Source: Podarcis erhardii (Eukaryota). From it: a stretch of 64,000 nucleotides of DNA. The notes beneath the pieces were generated by a model. It made no database searches and was not told where the DNA came from. It saw nothing but the letters and a program-made list of their open reading frames with translations. The translations under genes were made by a program, and so were the position numbers. Position 1 is the stretch's first letter; every line of letters begins with the position of its first letter. Location of the stretch: NCBI GenBank assembly GCA_964252035.1, contig CAXUOO010000263.1; one strand, given 5' to 3'. Positions 61,339 through 64,000 of this stretch are shown here, piece after piece.

Positions 61339-64000
61339 GAGGCGGTATATACTCTGCTTTGAGGATCCTGATTGATTTTGATACAAGAATGCGCTATGAA
61401 TTGTAACATTTCACTTTTTGTAAATTCCGACAGCTTCACCTGTGTAAAGAATTCTCTCAGCTGACTAACGCCAACCAAGAAGGCGCTCTATACCGAGACA
61501 GCATTTTCTGCGTGTAAGCAAACGTCTCGAGCGACTGATGACCATGAAACAAGGCGCTGGGCGACGCCTCTAATGTACAGTCAAGCCTCAGTAAAACTTG
61601 AAGCATTCATATGTAGCGACATCCTTCTTCAGTCATTTCGTCATTGTAGGAATTACTCTAGTCCAGAATTTAAACTAGCGCATGATACGCGCAGACTACA
61701 TACTTCGCGCCTTGTCATCTGATTATTTACGCATTTTTAAGCTCTTGAGGGGCAAGCCTTGCGGAAAACAGCATGTAAGATTGCCTCGGGGAGCAGAAGT
61801 CTAATATCAGAAGTACATATCTCAGCACTACATCAGGCTTTTCAACCAGTACCAAAAATTGTGCGACAAGTACGAAAAAATTTATCCAGAATTTCGAAGA
61901 TGCGCAGATGAAGTACGAGGAACGAAAGATCGAGATATGTAAGTCGCATTTGATATGGTGGAGGTATAGACAAATCAAAAGGAAGAAGCCGGGGGAGAAG
62001 CTGTTGATAAGAACTATATAAATACGATTTTTAGAGGGATGGCAGTAATAAAGAGCAGTAACATGCTTTATGAAAAGCCAGGCTGATGTAAGCGAACACA
62101 GTTTGTCGATAAAGCAGAGGAAAATCAATAATAATATGAATATTATTTTTACAGAAAAATTGCTGCATTGCCTCTCCCTTTTGAATAGGGTGTTATGATC
62201 AGCTCAAATCAAGAGTGATAACTATGAATATATATATATATATATATATATATACCTGTGTGAAATCAGTCATAAGAGGCTAGTTCATGCAGGCGGACAA
62301 TCACAATCATATGATCGAACTTCGTTCAAAAGACAGGCAGCATATGTGAAAGCGGAAGTTTCGGGCGTGGATACAATTTTTGGTGGATAATATGTTTGTT
62401 GTGGAAATAAAGATTTTGTATACCTGTTGATAGTGTACGTTTGCATATCTGCAAATAGCATTCATTGATTCGTGCCTATCGGACGTCTCATGTCCGAATT
62501 CATATACGTAGGTATAGCCTTTTTGAATGGGGGTGGCATTTTGAAGAAGCTGTTTACCTAAAGTTTTTCATACGACTACATCTAGAATCTTCTACTTGTT
62601 TTTGCATATATGAACCTTAACATGTATGAATGCAGCATTCGGCACAGATTTTTCGGGGCACTAATATGAAGCAGGTAAGGGTAACGAATTTTTCATGAGC
62701 CCGTATATTTTCTTACAGGAAAATGAGCATAAAGAGAGCTGTATTTACTCCCGGCAAGGACTGCAGCGTCGTATGCATACTGTGGTTGACATTGTAAATT
62801 GTAGTGTAAGCAAGCGTATGCGCAGGTACACCTACCTACATCAAACAGCCACCTATGTGGATTGTCAACGCAGCAATGTTAGAATGCTCGCGCTATCAAA
62901 GAGGTCTTCCAAAACAGTGTATTATAGTCTTCTGCAACGTCACTATTTCACCATTTAGCACGATATATATATATATCTATATTCATACATGCATAGCCAA
63001 AACATTTACTAATATGAAAACTGATGTATAGCACTGCCTCACCCAAGACTTCCATGGAATTACAAAAACTCCTGAAGTTTTAGAGCATTTGACAAGCATA
63101 TCATCATTCGCTTCTTTGTGGAAACCTGCATTCGATAGCGTGCGTATATATAATAGACTTCTCGTCTGGTTCGTATCTTTCTCGCTTGCATTGTAAGACT
63201 GACTCCCCTCGTTTTCGACCTGTGAATTAATGTCCGCCTACCGGTGTTTATTTTCTTGAGTAATACTTTACAATTATATCTTTGGGGACGGTTGTTTGTT
63301 CCGAATGTATTTCTAAACTTATGAAGGTACACAATGAGTGTGCCATTGCCAGCGTATACTAGTGTAGTTTCACATTCTCCTGACGGTGTGCGTACCAGCG
63401 GAACTTAAGCGGAACTAAAATGCATTCGTGTCATTCTGGTATATATATATATATACATATCTTTGTATGTAAGCGTAAACGTTTCAGATATCTTTTTGCT
63501 GGCGTCAAGTCTAAACATTCTTATCATCTTTGTCCCGTGCACGTGTTTTCGTGAGTCTTGCAGGTTGAAACCACAAATCTTAAAATTCAGTAGCACGCTT
63601 ATATATATATTCCCATGTGATACTAACGGGATCTCTACCTATTGCAACTAAACTTTACCTCTCATACGACGCTACTGTCGTTATTACGACGCCCTTCTCA
63701 TACATGAAGCAGATGATCTGATTTATACCGACGCATATGATCTTCACATGAAAAGTTCTTGGAAAAGTGGTGCACAGTTCAGTCCACATATATATATGAT
63801 GTATACATATATATATATATATATAAAGCGGAAACGGCGCAGAAGAACCGTCACACAAACCATATTCATGTAACCTGACACGGATACAATATGAGAAAGG
63901 AAACAGGCGCCATGTTTTCTTATAGCTACGTATACGTCACTGAAAAGTAGATTCAGGACATATACGCGTAAGATAATATGAAGTCCAGAGAGGATATATA

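Overview
Eukaryotic, intron-containing DNA from an apicomplexan, most likely an eimeriid coccidian. Evidence: an ApiAP2 gene, CAG/ACT-type homopolymeric amino-acid repeats in coding regions, TGCATGCA motifs and (TA)n microsatellites. Genes I can support: (1) the 3' part of RNA polymerase III subunit RPC2, with an apparent 1-nt frameshift; (2) a low-complexity hypothetical ORF; (3) a small membrane protein that weakly resembles PEX13; (4) a 3-exon mRNA cap guanine-N7 methyltransferase whose N-terminal half is an in-frame Cet1/Pct1-like triphosphate-tunnel domain lacking the catalytic glutamates (the best finding); (5) an ApiAP2 factor preceded by two very large low-complexity ORFs; and, in a repeat-poor segment after ~50.5 kb, (6) a plant-type vacuolar sorting receptor-like membrane protein, (7) a secreted glycine-zipper protein, (8) a small single-pass membrane protein and a 78-bp tandem repeat. 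I saw no tRNA, rRNA, CRISPR array or recognisable transposon. All homology calls come from motif recall and manual alignment, not database searches. Splice models are manual GT-AG/phase inferences.
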